A DNA stretch of 63,882 nucleotides, counting the filler, from Cercozoa sp. M6MM (lineage: Eukaryota > Protista > Endomyxa: Ascetosporea), in assembly GCA_040357565.1 (NCBI GenBank). It is 10 parts of 10 records of this genome, joined end to end, with 100 filler letters (N's around TTAATTAATTAA, not from the genome) between each part and the next. Parts side by side here need not be neighbours in the genome. Positions count along the whole stretch, not along the records: positions 12,240 to 34,054 come from JBDODJ010000189.1; positions 34,155 to 37,478 come from JBDODJ010001501.1; positions 37,579 to 39,499 come from JBDODJ010001885.1; 7 more parts are not named here. One strand, written 5' to 3'. The position numbers were made by a program, and so were the translations under genes. Position 1 is the first letter of the stretch; each line of letters starts with the position of its first letter. The notes under the pieces are model-generated. The model ran no database searches and was not told where the DNA came from. It saw only the letters and a program-made list of their open reading frames with translations. Below, piece after piece: positions 25,155-38,309 of this stretch.

Positions 25155-27926
25155 TCAGCGCGGAACTGTTGACTCCGACGCACTTTGCAGATCGCGTAGT
25201 GCCTGCGAGAACTCGTGCTTGAGAACCTCGCGGTGCTCCTGTTTAAAATGTCTCAAGCAACAGTAAAGTAGCTCAAATAAAACAAGAGAGGCTACCGCAG
25301 TGAGAGCTTCGTTATCAAGCAGTTCGGACAGCAACCCCACGCGCCGCAGTTTCTGCGAAAGATCTTTTTTAAAATTGAATCATCAAGTGACAGCTTCGAC
25401 TGTCTGTTTGACCTCGTCGGCGGCGTTTTCGATCTGAACCACTGTCCCTGCATTCGTGTTGCCGACTCCACGAACGTAGATGGGACGACGATCGTACCTG
25501 TGAAATAGAAAGAAAAATCGACTTGAAGTTCCATTTTTTTTCTTTTTTTGCCAGAACGAACTGAAAGTGTAAATAGATACCCGCCATAGGGACGGTAGCC
25601 ATAGTGCTTGTAGTCACTTGACGACCAAGAGGACGACGTGTCGTACATTTTCTTGTACAGTTTCTTCTGCTTCTTGGCGTGTTTCTTCTGCCCAGCAAGT
25701 TCGAGTTTTCGTGTTTCAGTTAGGAACTGCGCGACACTAAGTTAAACTCACTTGCAGCTTCTTCTGTGTGCATAGTAGCAGGCGTCAGTTTGCAAGAATG
25801 AAAGCCATAAACAAGTTTAGGGTCAAAAATTAGTGCTACCTGACGTTTGTGCCATCCGCGCGGTTGCACGGCAGCCTCCTTTGAACAAGTTGAAACGTGA
25901 CTCAGATGAAAGCACACAGAGTTCTGTACGTCGTTGCCAGAGTCGAACTCTTCCTCCAGTGTTTCGGCTCCCTTTTCTTCAACAAGATCGTTCGTTGGCA
26001 TAGTGGCGAAAGGCACAGTGAAGTATTGATCAAAGCCGCGAACTGGGACTGGATCAGGTCGAGTCTGGGCCACGGAAGTCTCACAGTTGAGATCTTGCTG
26101 CGACTCGAACGGAACCTAAGAACAATCAGTCGCGAAATTAAAGTCTGCAGACTTCAATCATTGTTGATACAGTACCTCAAAGTAGTGATCAAAGCCGCGT
26201 GTGTAGTACGGACGAGGCTGTTCACGATACAGACACTTGAGGAGCAACAATTTGTTTGCAACCTGAAAGGAGGCAGTTTTACGCGATCACGATAACCGTA
26301 GCCCGCGTGGTAGCCACCGTAGCCATAGTCGTAGCCATAACCATGTCCGTAACTGCTCGAGTAGCCTCCAAACGACAGGTCGAAATTAAGCGGACCCAAG
26401 CCGCTGCGACAACGTTTTTTCAGTTCGGTTTTTCGGTTCAGTTGAGAAAGAACTATGTTTACATCTCCAGATCAAAGAAGCGTCTGCCTTCTTGCTGCTC
26501 ACGAGTTGCAACTGTCAAAGCAGACGTGCAGGCAAACTGGTCAGAATCTGTCTATACCGGAAACTGTGTCGCCAAAACTGGCGCCAACAAGACAGACAGC
26601 TGCACTTTCATTTCACTTGCCTATCGACACTCCCACTGACTGGAACTGCTCGTCTTTGCAGTCAAACGACTCTGACCTCTATGAATCCAAATGGTACGGC
26701 TGCTAGTTCAATGGGCCAACCAGCGGCGTGACTGTAACGTGGGCATGTCGTGTCGCCAGCGAGTTTCGGCCAAGTCAACTCAATTTGCGTTGGCTGCAGT
26801 CGAAATTTCGCTTTAGGACAGATGAAACGTTTCTAGCAGCACTCCGAAGTTCGCGTCATTGGGTATCGGAGGCATATGCACGGCAGTGCGGGCGTTGCTC
26901 CGAGTTTTTATAAAGTCGTTTAACGCGGTCGAGGTGCCAGTTGCGGGACTTGGTCGGCCAGCGTCTGCTCAAATCAGTCCTCATGAGTACTCTGACAGCT
27001 AGGCAGGCTCAGGTCAGTGTCGTACAAGAAACGCAACACACCAAAACGAGCTGAACCTCGTGCATCGCATGTGGCGGAATCTCTTGCTGATGGACATGGT
27101 GCCTCAGATTCTCAGCCGCTTGCTTGAGACAGTTTGGCTGTTGGAAAAAGCTGCCGAAACGACCAAGCACTACACTGCAAAACCAGTCATTTTGCGGCAG
27201 ACAGAGCCGGTCAGCCGGATTCAGTAGCCACGCTAACTCGGACAGTTCGAAGCGACCGTTCTGACCAGCAGTCAGTTCAAAAACACAAAAAAATACAAAA
27301 AATAATGTACCGCAACCAGATTGACTTTGTCAGTCAAGAATTTTGACCTGTCGGTCGACAGCAGATCAAAACGCCGACAGTAGCACAGAGTAATTGCTCC
27401 TGTTGTCTTTTTGAGCACCTCGATAACCTCGCTGTCCTCCAGGTTTGCATTTTCACCAACCCACGTGGCAAAGTCGAAGAAACGCTCCAGATAATTGACA
27501 GCTTGAGCGACACAAGCGACGTCAATACTGTGCACACGCATAGCTGTGTACGGGTTCCCTGAGGCCCAGCTGACTTCCTTTCCCCAGCCGTCCATCTGCC
27601 CCAATCCAGTCAAAGTTGATATGTTTAACCCCACCAGTCAAGGTTATTCAAAACTGAAAGAAAACTGTCAAGTTTTGTTAAAGCGGTACCAGGACACTCT
27701 GTGTACGTGCGTGTTCTGCATGTTGCTTGAACCAGGCTGCGTGACGTGCGATCTCGAGCAGCGCCAGTCGGCACCGGTACTGATCAGCATCGTGCTGGAT
27801 GGTCGAGGCACCTTGGTAGTCTTCCACAGCACTGCGCAGTTGCAGCATGTCTGCAACAGTTGCAACTTGCGGCGCTGCAATCACGCGGTTCGCCACAGCG
27901 ACGGTGCTGTCTTCTAGCTGGGTCAT
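25155..27926 (-). CDS. Hypothetical multi-exon protein with Gly/Tyr-rich segments
   Basis: Exon-like frames 27678-27926, 27272-27634, 26154-26399 (FGGYSSSYGHGYGYDYGYGGY) and 25720-26073, with a stop at 25155. No family recognised. Confidence 0.4.
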
Positions 27927-28343
27927 CACCCTGGGACACAAAAATGGCATGAAAAAGCTCTGGCTCTTTGATCAACAAAAAGCCAAGTGTTTAAATGGAT
28001 TGTACTACGATTGGACGCTTAACCCTAACCCACACACTGTTGGCCAGACCCTGGCAAAAGGGCGCAACGTCGACATTGACTTTTTTACTTTTTTTGCTTG
28101 TCGGACAATGATCAATGATATTATCCAGTTGTTGAGCTGATCAAGCAAGCTCAACTTGTTGGAGACAACGTTTTTGAGACACGACAACTGACGTAAAATT
28201 GAAAGTCTGAAACTGGCGGGTTGAAACTGTAAATTTACATTAAAGCTGGGATAAATCATCTTGCCGACTCGAGTTCTAAACACCGCAGTTGTAGCCTCTC
28301 GTTCTCGGCAGCTACTAATTGCAGGTTCTCGCGCAGATTAGCG

Positions 28344-29120
28344 CTAGACAGGCACCAAACAAACAAGTTCGTTTGCTTGCAGAAAGATCAAACAAAAACG
28401 AAAAGGCTGAAGATACCAGAGAATGCGCAATTCAGCACACTCCAAGCACTCGCGATTCCGCAGTTCATCCAGCTCTTGCCGCAGACTAGCGAAAACTTGA
28501 AGCGCCTCGTTTTCATCTGCACCGTTTTCATCTTCATTTTTCAAGTCAGTTTCGTCGCTTTCTTCACCAATGTGAGTCTGCATTTCAGAAAAAGAGATCG
28601 CAGGTGCCAATGGATCGAGTCGGAAGGAGAAACGCACCTTGAGCAAACTTCCCAGCTTGGCGCAAAGTCGCGTTGTTTCGTCGAGAAGCAATCGTTCTTC
28701 GCAGACAGCACTTCGCAAAGCAAGAGCGTTGAAGGCGAACTTGAGATTCTCGGAATCGTTCAGTTCGATTGTTTCGTGTTTCGGCTGCTTCGTGTCGACT
28801 GTACTTTCCGTCGGTGCTCCTTCAGTCGAAACAGCTGCTTCAGCTTTTGAAACTGTGATTTGAGACGAAGAAGTGCTCAACTGAGCCGAAGAATCGCGAA
28901 GCTGCGCATTTTCGCGACGAAGCGCGCCGAGCTCGTGCTCGAGGCGCTCGATTCGCTCGCGCAGACGCAGCTCTTCGTCGACGCGTGCCGAGTACAGTGC
29001 TGCACATGCGATCGAGTGCAGCACGCTCTTGCAAAACAAGAGTGCTTACCATTGGCACGCGAAAGCAGCGACGCTGTGTCGACTGAGTCGCCTGCCGGCA
29101 TGCGCATGCTGCCATCACAT
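28344..29120 (-). CDS. Hypothetical coiled-coil protein; boundaries approximate
   Basis: EELRLRERIERLEHELGALRRENAQLRDS heptad pattern. Divergent from AP4B1. Confidence 0.45.
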
Positions 29121-29360
29121 CGATTTTTCTTGCGTTGCAACAAGAGATTTCACTTTTGCACTCAATTAACATACATTAGCTCAAAACACACGCAGAACTG
29201 CAGCCGGCAAAGCCACGCACGCGCTTTCTAGCGCTAGTTTTCGACTAGTCACTTTCGGCTCATTCCCGGCTCTATACCGGCTCGAACAGCACCAACGCAA
29301 AATCAGCACTGTAGCTGCAGTTTGATAGGATTAGTGTAGTGCTCGCGGGATAGTGTACGC

Positions 29361-32300
29361 ATGCCCGGCGGCTATTTCGTGGATCACAAGTAAGTGACAG
29401 TGTGATTTGTGCGCGGGTGCGTATTTGCGTGCTTGGACAGGCGAGGCGAGCTGCAGGAGCTGCAGCGACAGCTCAATGATCCTCGTGCACGGAAGCAGGT
29501 ATTTCAGTGTTTTTTCGCTTTGTTCCGCTTTGTTTCGCTTTGGTGTGTTTCGCTTGTTTCGCTTTGTTTCGCTTTGCTTTGCTTTGCTTTGCTTTGGTTG
29601 AGAGCGTGTGATCGTGTGTTGGTGTTGCTTTGCAGCCGCGCGTGATGCGCGCCGTGCTGAAGAACGTGTGTGCCTACATGACACTCGGCATCGACATGTC
29701 GTCGCTGTTCTCGTCGATGATCATGGCGGCGCACACTCGCGACATTGTGCAGAAGAAGATGGTCTACCTGTACCTGTGCGAGTACGCCAACAAGAAGCCG
29801 GATCTCACGCTCCTCGCCGTCAACACACTTCAAAAAGGTTTGCTCTTGCTATTTCAGCACTATTTCGCCTTGTTTCGTCTCAGGCAAATCGATTTCGAAA
29901 CAAAGCAAAGCTATTTCGAATCGCAGCAAAGCTATTTCGAAGCAAAGCAAAGCTGTTTCAAAAAGCAAAGCTGTTTCGAAACAAAGCGAAACAAAGCGAA
30001 ACAAAGCGAAATTCACGGCTCCATTTGTTGTAGATTGCGAGGACGAGGACAGCACGATCGCAGGACTCGCGCTTCGTGCGCTGTGCTCGCTCAAGGTGCC
30101 GAAGCTGCTCGAATACGCTCTGCAGATGCTGCGACGTGGCCTGCGACACCGCGCTGCCTATGTAAACTGACGCTGCTTGCTGCTGTGTCTTGCTTTCACC
30201 TGCTTGAGCACTGCAGGTGCGTAAAACTGCGGCGCTTGGTGTGGCGAAACTGCACTTGAGTGCTTCGGAGCAAGTGCAGGTACTTTAACTCAAATCCATG
30301 CTAGTGTGACAGTGTACTTTGCCGTCTTAGATGCACACCGACCTGGTGGAGTCTCTGCGCGGTCTGTTGAACGATGGCGAACCCACAGTGGTGCGTTTCT
30401 TGTCGAGTGCAGCGTTTCTCGAAAAAACCAAAAAATTCGCGTGTTTTAATGTTTCGAGTGTGTTTGAACGCCGCAGGTATTCAACGCACTCTGTGCACTA
30501 AACGAGATGAGCGCGTCTCGAGGCGGTCTGCAAGTGGACCGTGTGCTGACACTGAAGCTGCTGAACCAGATCGGCAAGTTCTCGCACTGGCAGCAGTGCC
30601 AGGTGCTGCACATGATCGCTCGCTACCAGCCGGACGAGCAGCAAGAGTGCTTCCAGATCATGTCGCTGCTAGACGCCCGTCTGCGTCACCAGTCGCCTTC
30701 CATCGTGTTGGCTACAGTCAAAGTCTTCCTCGAGTACACCAAGCACACACCCGAGGTGCGGACTCAGGTCTACGAACGTGTCAAGTCACCGCTTCTCTCG
30801 CTTCTTGGCGGTAACGCACAACTCTTTTTGTAGCCACCTCTTTTATTTTTGCTTTGCCAAAAGGTGCACAACGCGAAATGTCCCACGCCGCCCTTGCTCA
30901 CGTTGCCTTGCTCGTGGAACAAGCACCACACGTGTTTAGCGATTCCGCGGTAAGTTAGCCCTGTTGGATTTGTAGCCAGTTTTAATTTTGTTGCAAAAAC
31001 TGTAGTCGGTCTCATCGCTATTGTTGTGCCCGTTGCGTGACTCGATCGGATCCAAACTGTTGGTAACGTTGTGTGAAGGCAATTAGGAGTGAACTAACGT
31101 TTGGTTTTGTGGCAGAAACTGCACATTTTGCAGCAAATTGTGAATGCTGAGAACTGGTAAAAAAGAAAAGAGCGTTTCTTGTTCAGTCAGTTGGAACTGA
31201 GAACGAAACTTGCGTGCCTGCAGGCAAGTGATCCTGTCGGACATTGCGCAGTATGCCTTCTGGCAGCAGCAGCAGGTGTCAAGTGCGGCCATTCAGGCAC
31301 TGGCCAACATTGCGATCATGCGACCCGAGACGGTTCGCGAGTCTTGCTGCCAGCTCCTGGAACTGCTCGCATTGGAGGACACTGGTACGCTTGATGTGTG
31401 TGCTCTGGTGCTCAGTCACAGTCATACACCCACTTGTAGCCGCCAAGGCACTGGCTGCACTGACGCTCGTTCTGCGTGCTTTCCCGCACGTATCACAGAC
31501 TTAAGTTTTTTTGCTTTGTGCTGATTGTACCGTTGGCCAGGTCCTACTGCCCGAGCACGATACCATCGCACTGCGTGCACGTCTCGATGCCTTTGTGCGC
31601 ACGCGTGCACTCGACTGGGTGCCCACGCAGGTACAAAACGCATCCTTAACCACACCTTTTCTTTGTTGACTAACAGCGCTTTCTGATAGGAAAACAGAAG
31701 CTCGGGCAAAGCATGCGGCAAATCGGCACTGTTTTGGTTCCTTGGCGAGTTCGCCACCGAATTAGAGGCCGTAACTGAGTTTTTTAAAAGATTTTCTCAG
31801 TTTTTTCATTTTGTTTTGTTCATGGTTTCGCAGGCACCGTACATTTTGGAGAAGTTTATCGACGCGTTTGAGTTCGAAATCGACACAGATGTCAAGTTGG
31901 GTGCGCAAGCATTTTTGCATTTTTCATCTTGCGTGCTGATTTTGTGTTCTGCAGCCATGCTGACGGCCACAGCGAAAGTGTTCTTCAAGCGACCGCCTGA
32001 GGTTCTTGTGTTGTCGTCGACTGTAAAAAAAAACCGATGTTTTCGTGAATTTCAGGCGCACGAGATGTTTTTGCGTCTGCTGCGAAGTGCCATTCAAGTC
32101 GACGCCAAGATTTTCGGTACAGTTGGGTTCTATCGGTCCAAACTGTTCTCGATCGGTTTATTGAAGTACATGACAGAGTTGAATGCAAGCGAGAGTGTCG
32201 AAAACACCGAGAAGCGAGCTGATTCGGCCGTGCGTGACCGAGCTCTCCAGGTGCGGTTTACAGCAGCGTTTCTCCAAAAATTAAAATATTTTAACCCGAG

Positions 32301-33394
32301 TTTGCTGTGGCAGTTGCTGAAGCTGCTGAAACATGACGTTCACGAGGCAGCTCGCGTTGTGAACTGTGGTATTGACCTGTTTGGACAGTGTGAATGCGGG
32401 TTTGGCTTGCAAGTGTGAAACTATGTTTTTGAAGCTGTTGATGTGGTGGAACGCTTCGTCGATGCCGAGCAGTCGCGTTTGCAGACGGCTCTTTTGGCAC
32501 ATTTCGACTCGGTGGCCGTTGTGCTGCGTCGCACGCCGGCCGACTTTTTGAAAGGAGGTGTGCTGCTCTTTCATCTTTCTTTGATTTCATTATTTTCCAA
32601 AATGAGTTCAGGACTGGTGCCGGACTGGACTGAGGAACAAGACGACGAGGACGATGAGGACGAAGAGGAAGAAGACACAGTGGACACTCCTACGACTGTT
32701 GACAACGCATACGGAGGTACATTCATTCATCTCTGACTTGTGTGTGCGTTTCTGTACTTCTGTTTGGTAAGGCGCAGGCACGACCGAAGACTTCTTGGGC
32801 GATGTTTACGGCTCTCCTGCTGCGAACAATGCTGCCCAGCCTGACGGTGCTGCAGATGTTGAGCCTGTCGTGGACGAGGCACCGCCTGCCATTGTTTTGG
32901 AAGCAAACGTTGCCATGTCGCCTGCACTCTTCCAGCAAAAGGTACGTTTCAAGAACAGAAATTAAAAACTGGATGATCGAGAGGCCGAGGAATGATTGTT
33001 CTGCAGTGGCGAGAGATCGGCTCTGTCGTGCAGAGGCGTTTCCAGATCTCTGCTGACACGATTTCTACCACAACGCAGCTGCTTAAGAGCTCAAATATTC
33101 ACACAATGGCCTCGGTGCGTTTCTCCTGGTCCCGAGAGCAGCGTTTCTTGTGACTTTCTCTTTTGACAGGGCAAGGCCGGCGAGCGACTCAAGTACTTTT
33201 TCTACGCCAAGCTGCAGGACACGCTGGTGCTGATGCAGACGCTGGTGCACCAGGCGACGGGCCAGGTCGACGTTGTCGCCAAGGGTGCGCGCAACGACGC
33301 CATCGAGCAGGTGCTCGACATCATGCAGGGCGCACTTGTCAGCCAGGCTTCCGGGTCGCCTGCTGCCGGCCAGACCGATCTTTTGAACGTTTGA
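29361..33394 (+). CDS. AP4B1: Adaptor protein complex beta subunit, most like AP-4 beta
   Basis: [109 protein letters not shown], appendage TMASG..LKYFFYA, ending in TGA. Confidence 0.88.
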
Positions 33395-33720
33395 TTAATC
33401 GACGGACGCTAGCTCGGTAGATTGTAAGCAGGTCAGCGCAGGTGCCGCGCAAGTCCAAAAAAGCCTGCAAGAAGAAATTGCCCGACCCATGATACGGGAC
33501 AAATCGTCAAATTTGTTAAGCGGTGGCTACACTTAAGCGCTCCCGAGTGCTAGATATCGTACACTCTTGTTGGCTGTGCATGCTTCCAAACCTGACCCCG
33601 TCGTGCGCATCTGCTCAGGTGGACGTAGAGCTTTATTTTGCACTAGAGCTGCAGGGGACAGCAGACTCTGGGAGGCACTGAAGCTTGCTGACCAGCGCTT
33701 CTTTTGAGTCGACTAAAAAA

Positions 33721-33980
33721 CTAGGTAGCGTCGCTACTGGTACTAGTTGACGTTTGCGAGCGCGACTTGAGCCACACGGCGTGCAGCAGCACAAAGCACG
33801 AGTAGACGCCGCCCAGGAGTGCCAGCAGTTGCACTGTGCAGACAGGAGACTCAGCCTTACCCCTAACCCTCCCTTAAACCCCTCCTCCCACGTACCACAG
33901 AAGTGTCGCGCCGTGACGCCGTGTTCTTCAACGAGCAGCGCGAACGGCGAGAAGTCGTAGTTTATAAAGACGCCGGGCAA
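33721..33980 (-). CDS. Erv41/Erv46 (ERGIC2/3)-type COPII vesicle protein, C-terminal fragment
   Basis: PGVFINYDFSPF..HFCVQLLALLGGVYS matches the family C-terminal motif. 5' truncated by contig end. Confidence 0.8.
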
Positions 33981-34154
33981 CTACCACGGGGGGGGGGGAA
34001 AGGCGGGGGGTCAAGACGGCACAAAACAACTGCTGGCACTCCTGGGCGGCGTCTNNNNNNNNNNNNNNNNNNNNNNNNNNNNNNNNNNNNNNNNNNNNTT
34101 AATTAATTAANNNNNNNNNNNNNNNNNNNNNNNNNNNNNNNNNNNNNNNNNNNN

Positions 34155-34539
34155 CCGCATGCTTCGGCGATCGCTGCGCTCGTCGTCTAGGCCCGTAGTT
34201 TACCCCCCCCCCACCCCTTAAACCTTTACCCCTCCCCCAGGTACTGCGCCAGCGCGGCGTGGTGGACAAGCCGATGACGGCGGCGCAGGTCGCACTGGTG
34301 CACTCAATCCTCGCACAGGCAGGTAGCACATGTACAAGTGTGCTGTACTGTACTGTACAAGAGCACTGTACAAGTGTACTGTACAAGTGTACTGTACAAG
34401 TGTACTGTACAAGTGCACTGTACAAGTGTACTGTACTGAATGGGCAGGCACGCACGCCGTCGGCGACTGCTCGCAGTGCGGCACGGGCGTGCTGGACGCT
34501 CTCGAGGCCGTGCGTCTGGCACAGACGGCCTCGCTCTAA
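34155..34539 (+). CDS. Possible subtilisin-like (S8) protease C-terminal fragment
   Basis: MTAAQVALVHSILAQAGTHAVGDCSQCGTGVLDALEAVRLA resembles the GxGxxDAxxAV end of S8 domains. Catalytic residues are not in view. Confidence 0.4.
34323..34447 (+). repeat. Intronic 13-bp minisatellite (AAGTGTACTGTAC)n
   Basis: Tandem copies fill a GT-AG intron. Confidence 0.9.
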
Positions 34540-34801
34540 ACTCACTACTCTCGTTAGTTTCCTTAGTTCAATCACTCTACTGTACAGTCTGCACTGTACT
34601 CTGCTCGTTTCGCTTTTAGGTACTGAAGAACCAAGAAAACAAAAAAGTCAGAATCTATAGAGATTGAACTCTGCACTAAGACTACATGGTCGAGGATACC
34701 GGCACGTGTGCGGTGCTGTCGTACATGTACAGGTATACGTACATTAAAAGGCGAGATGGATGGTCCTGCAAAAAGCGGGTAGCGGACTCCGAGATACGAT
34801 A

Positions 34802-35055
34802 GGAAACAAACTAAGTAGTTCCCCTGCACCCGTATCTATCTAAACATCAGTGCCGAGGCACCGGGATGACCCGACGCCACCTGCGACGCCTCTCTACTTG
34901 TAGCCCGCTACCTGCACCAACCATGGAGTCGACTTCGGTTTCTGGGGAACGTCAAAAGGGGAGTTGTATGGTCCTACCCTAAGCGGGCGGTAGACACGGC
35001 TATGCTCTTGTGACCCACCCCAGACTGGTGCAGGGGAACTACATAGTTGGTTTCC
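34802..35055. mobile_element. MITE-like element, 254 bp, 29-bp terminal inverted repeats, TA flanks
   Basis: GGAAACAAACTAAGTAGTTCCCCTGCACC (34802-34830) matches the reverse complement of 35027-35055 at 27/29. TA at 34800-34801 and 35056-35057. No recognisable coding content; lies between two convergent genes. Confidence 0.75.
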
Positions 35056-35165
35056 TAGAAGACTCAACTAACTAACAAAATATCAGTACGGGAGTAGCCA
35101 TTTGAACACCGACCAAACTATTGTATCTGTATCTAACTGAAGGGCATCCAAGAGTCGTGACTCGA

Positions 35166-35525
35166 CTACGGAGTCGACACGTAGCACACGTTGTTGCCTC
35201 GGATGAAAGCGTCGCCATAACGCGCCTGTTGGGAGGATGGGGGGGGGGGGGGGTAACACAAGTACACACGATGAGTGGACATGTACTGACACTCACCTTG
35301 AGCTGTCCGTCCACGTACTCCTCGCACTCCTCCATGGCCACATTCATGTAGCTGTCCAGGCAGGCCAACACCCCTGCAAACAAAAACGATACAGAGCACT
35401 CATCAGTCGGAAAAAAAACAACCCGCAGTACCTCGGTACTCAACGCTGTTGTTCAACTTCACGATCACACGCTTGCCAAAAATAGAGCGCAGGAAGTCGC
35501 CCGGCGTCTTCTTCTGCTTGTCCAT
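35166..35525 (-). CDS. LSM6: U6 snRNA-associated Sm-like protein LSm6, 3 exons
   Basis: MDKQKKTPGDFLRSIFGKRVIVKLNNSVEYRGVLACLDSYMNVAMEECEEYVDGQLKARYGDAFIRGNNVCYVSTP. Confidence 0.95.
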
Positions 35526-35841
35526 ACTGTATCTGTAGTGCACACACACACACGTGGACAACACAAATAGATCTGGTGCTCTGCCAAGAACAGAAAACAA
35601 GCCTTTATTTTCAGGGAAAACCCTGTAGAAGGCAGTGTTTAGAGTTTTGCGCCAGTGTTATGAGGCTCGCTATGTGAATTTTGTTTCTTCAAGCAGTTAT
35701 CTGCCATGTGCCAACCCGTCGTGTGTGGGCAATTCTGTGTTTCAAGTACTGTACGCAAACTGTCGAAACTGGGGACGCAAGTATTGCGAAGTGACTACTC
35801 TAGCCGTTGAATTGATCCCCAAGCACTCAAGACAACTCAAA

Positions 35842-36383
35842 ATGGGTCAGAAACTCGCCTTGATGCAGATGGCGAAGGTTTGTTTATTTTATATTTAGTG
35901 CTGGTGGTTTTGAGAGGATGGGATTGTGCACTTGCAGAGTAAGGTGGAAGGTGCCTCTCTGATGCAAGCTCCCGAAGGTGCCTACGGACTGCAACTCCAA
36001 GCCGGTGCCAAACAAGCACTCATCTCGATCAACAAGGGCAAGATGCGGCCAAACTTCAAGACGGACCCATCCACCTGGGAGCACTGGACCAAGGTGCGCG
36101 ACCTAAACATTGTGAAGGGCGCGAACGCACCTCAGGTCTCTGACGTCACTAAAGATGGTCAGCTGTTTCCTTTCTTTTAGTCTCTTTCGTCTGACCGTAC
36201 CCTTTAATTCTTGTGATTGCTTTAACAACCTGAGTGCAGTTGCGACACGTGTGAAAGACGTCAAGTCGGTCGGCGGCAAACTGTCCAGTCGCAACATCAT
36301 GGAGGGCGTCGCCGCGTCGCTGGTAAACTGTCAACTTTTCTCCATTTTTTTAATCTACTACGAACTGCTCCCATTTTTCTGCG

Positions 36384-36417
<34 letters not shown>

Positions 36418-36510
36418 GTATAGGAAAAAAACGCCCCTGCCGCTGCCAGCTCGGCTGCCGCCGGCGCCGCGGCTCCTGTACAGCAGGCTGCTCGCGCTGT
36501 TGCCACGTAG
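35842..36510 (+). CDS. Small hypothetical protein, 4 exons
   Basis: MGQKLALMQMAK/SKVEGASLMQAPEGAYGLQL../VATRVKDVKSVGG../EKNAPAAASS..TAG, with phase-consistent GT-AG introns. Confidence 0.55.
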
Positions 36511-36652
36511 TTTCCTCCGAACTATGCTGGAATAAGAGTCGAATTCAAATCGGCGACCTGTCCAGTTAATAACTTGCATACAGCTCACAGAACTAGTTCG
36601 AGTGACAAGCCGAAACGCGTCCAGCCGGTGCGACAGCCTGGAGAATAAATGT

Positions 36653-36700
<48 letters not shown>

Positions 36701-36710
36701 NNNNNNNNNN

Positions 36711-36762
<52 letters not shown>

Positions 36763-36914
36763 ACACACACGGATCACACACACACACATACACACACGCG
36801 CACACACACCACACATACACGCACACACACGCATACCACACACACACACACATACACACCACACGCACACACCACACATACACGCACACACACGCATACC
36901 ACACACACACAAGA

Positions 36915-37310
36915 GTCGGTGCACAGGTTCGAGCAGCTTCATTAGTGCTTCGTGCTGGGCTCACATCAAAGTCATCGCCTCCGTGTGCAGTTCTTCCAGT
37001 TGTTGGATGACTTCAGCAGCTTCCTCCTGCCTACGTACCGTACTTACAGATGGGCATCGGGCGCTTTCCAAAGTTTCCTTGAACTTTGTGTCTTTTTACG
37101 TAGTCATTTACTGGTTTTCGTACCCCTGGAAAATCCACCACGTTGTAGCAAATTAAAACTGTACAGCGGCCAATACCAGATTGGATCAGTTCAAACTCGA
37201 CCAACAGCTATCGAATTGCCAGGCTGAGTCGAAAGTGTCCGAACTTGAGGGTGAGAGTCAAGCAGACTCCGGAGTCGCCGACAGCAGCTGCTCAAGCAGA
37301 TCGATCTACC
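36915..37310 (-). pseudogene. Degraded paralogue of the secreted coiled-coil gene at 13220-14751
   Basis: EEAAEVIQQLEELHTEAMTLM*AQHEALMKLLEP versus KEATEFIRHLDLLHTEAMALMRAQHQALEQVELREP (14522-14628). CGA has become TGA, and there are further in-frame TAA/TGA upstream. Confidence 0.7.
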
Positions 37311-37421
37311 CAAGGAAAGTTGACTTATCTCACCACCACCACCCCCGACTTACCCTGCGTTTATGTGCCACCTTGCCTGTAGCATATCGGCGAGTGATCG
37401 CTCTAACGGACGCTGCTGCTG

Positions 37422-37478
<57 letters not shown>

Positions 37479-37578
37479 NNNNNNNNNNNNNNNNNNNNNN
37501 NNNNNNNNNNNNNNNNNNNNNNTTAATTAATTAANNNNNNNNNNNNNNNNNNNNNNNNNNNNNNNNNNNNNNNNNNNN

Positions 37579-37628
<50 letters not shown>

Positions 37629-37629
37629 A

Positions 37630-38104
37630 GGTACGAATCCCATGGCCAGACCTCGCAACAGACCGTAGGTGAGCAAGAAGTGCGACAGTGCGGTCGAAAC
37701 TATCGTCACCGCGACTGACACTGCGAACAGGACGGCGCCTGCCACCTGTCTCCAAACGCACCGTAATGTATCAATGCTCAACCCATGTGACAGGAAGGAT
37801 GATGATACGGTGATGTGCATGACGAGGTGCGGTTTTGGATCCAAGACAACACCAGCAAGCAGCATGCCTAGCGACACCGAGAAGCTGCACACGCCGAACA
37901 CGAACAGGGTGTCGGCATACTACAGCATGTCGTGTGCATACGTACCCATAAACATGAGAAATGAGGACGCACCTGAATATCCTTGCCGGACCGCGCGCGT
38001 AGATACGAAGTTAGGTACGGAGACTCGTTGCCCCAGCCATAGAGACTACCCAGGCACAGGAACAGCGAGCAAGTCGCCGCCACAACCAAGTGACCACGTC
38101 GCAT
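37630..38104 (-). CDS. MFS transporter, oxalate:formate antiporter (OFA)-like, N-terminal part (3' truncated)
   Basis: LFLCLGSLYGWGNESPYLTSYLR and FLLTYGLLRGLAMGF, with multiple TM helices. Confidence 0.8.
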
Positions 38105-38309
38105 GCGCTTTTCCAATGGTGTTGGAGCACCCAAAACTGAGAGCCACGCAGTGCGCTTTAAACCACTCCCTGCTACTAAAAACAAAACACCCGCACCCAC
38201 GCACTCGTGCGATCGCGGCAGCGGTTCTGGGAAAGTAGCCACTTTCAGTTGGGACACACTGTCCAAGGACATTAGGACACGCGACTCACTAAGTTGGATT
38301 CGATTTCTT

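Noticed and set aside
28019-28031. TAACCCTAACCC telomere-like motif
   Set aside because: Only two units and internal, so expected by chance.
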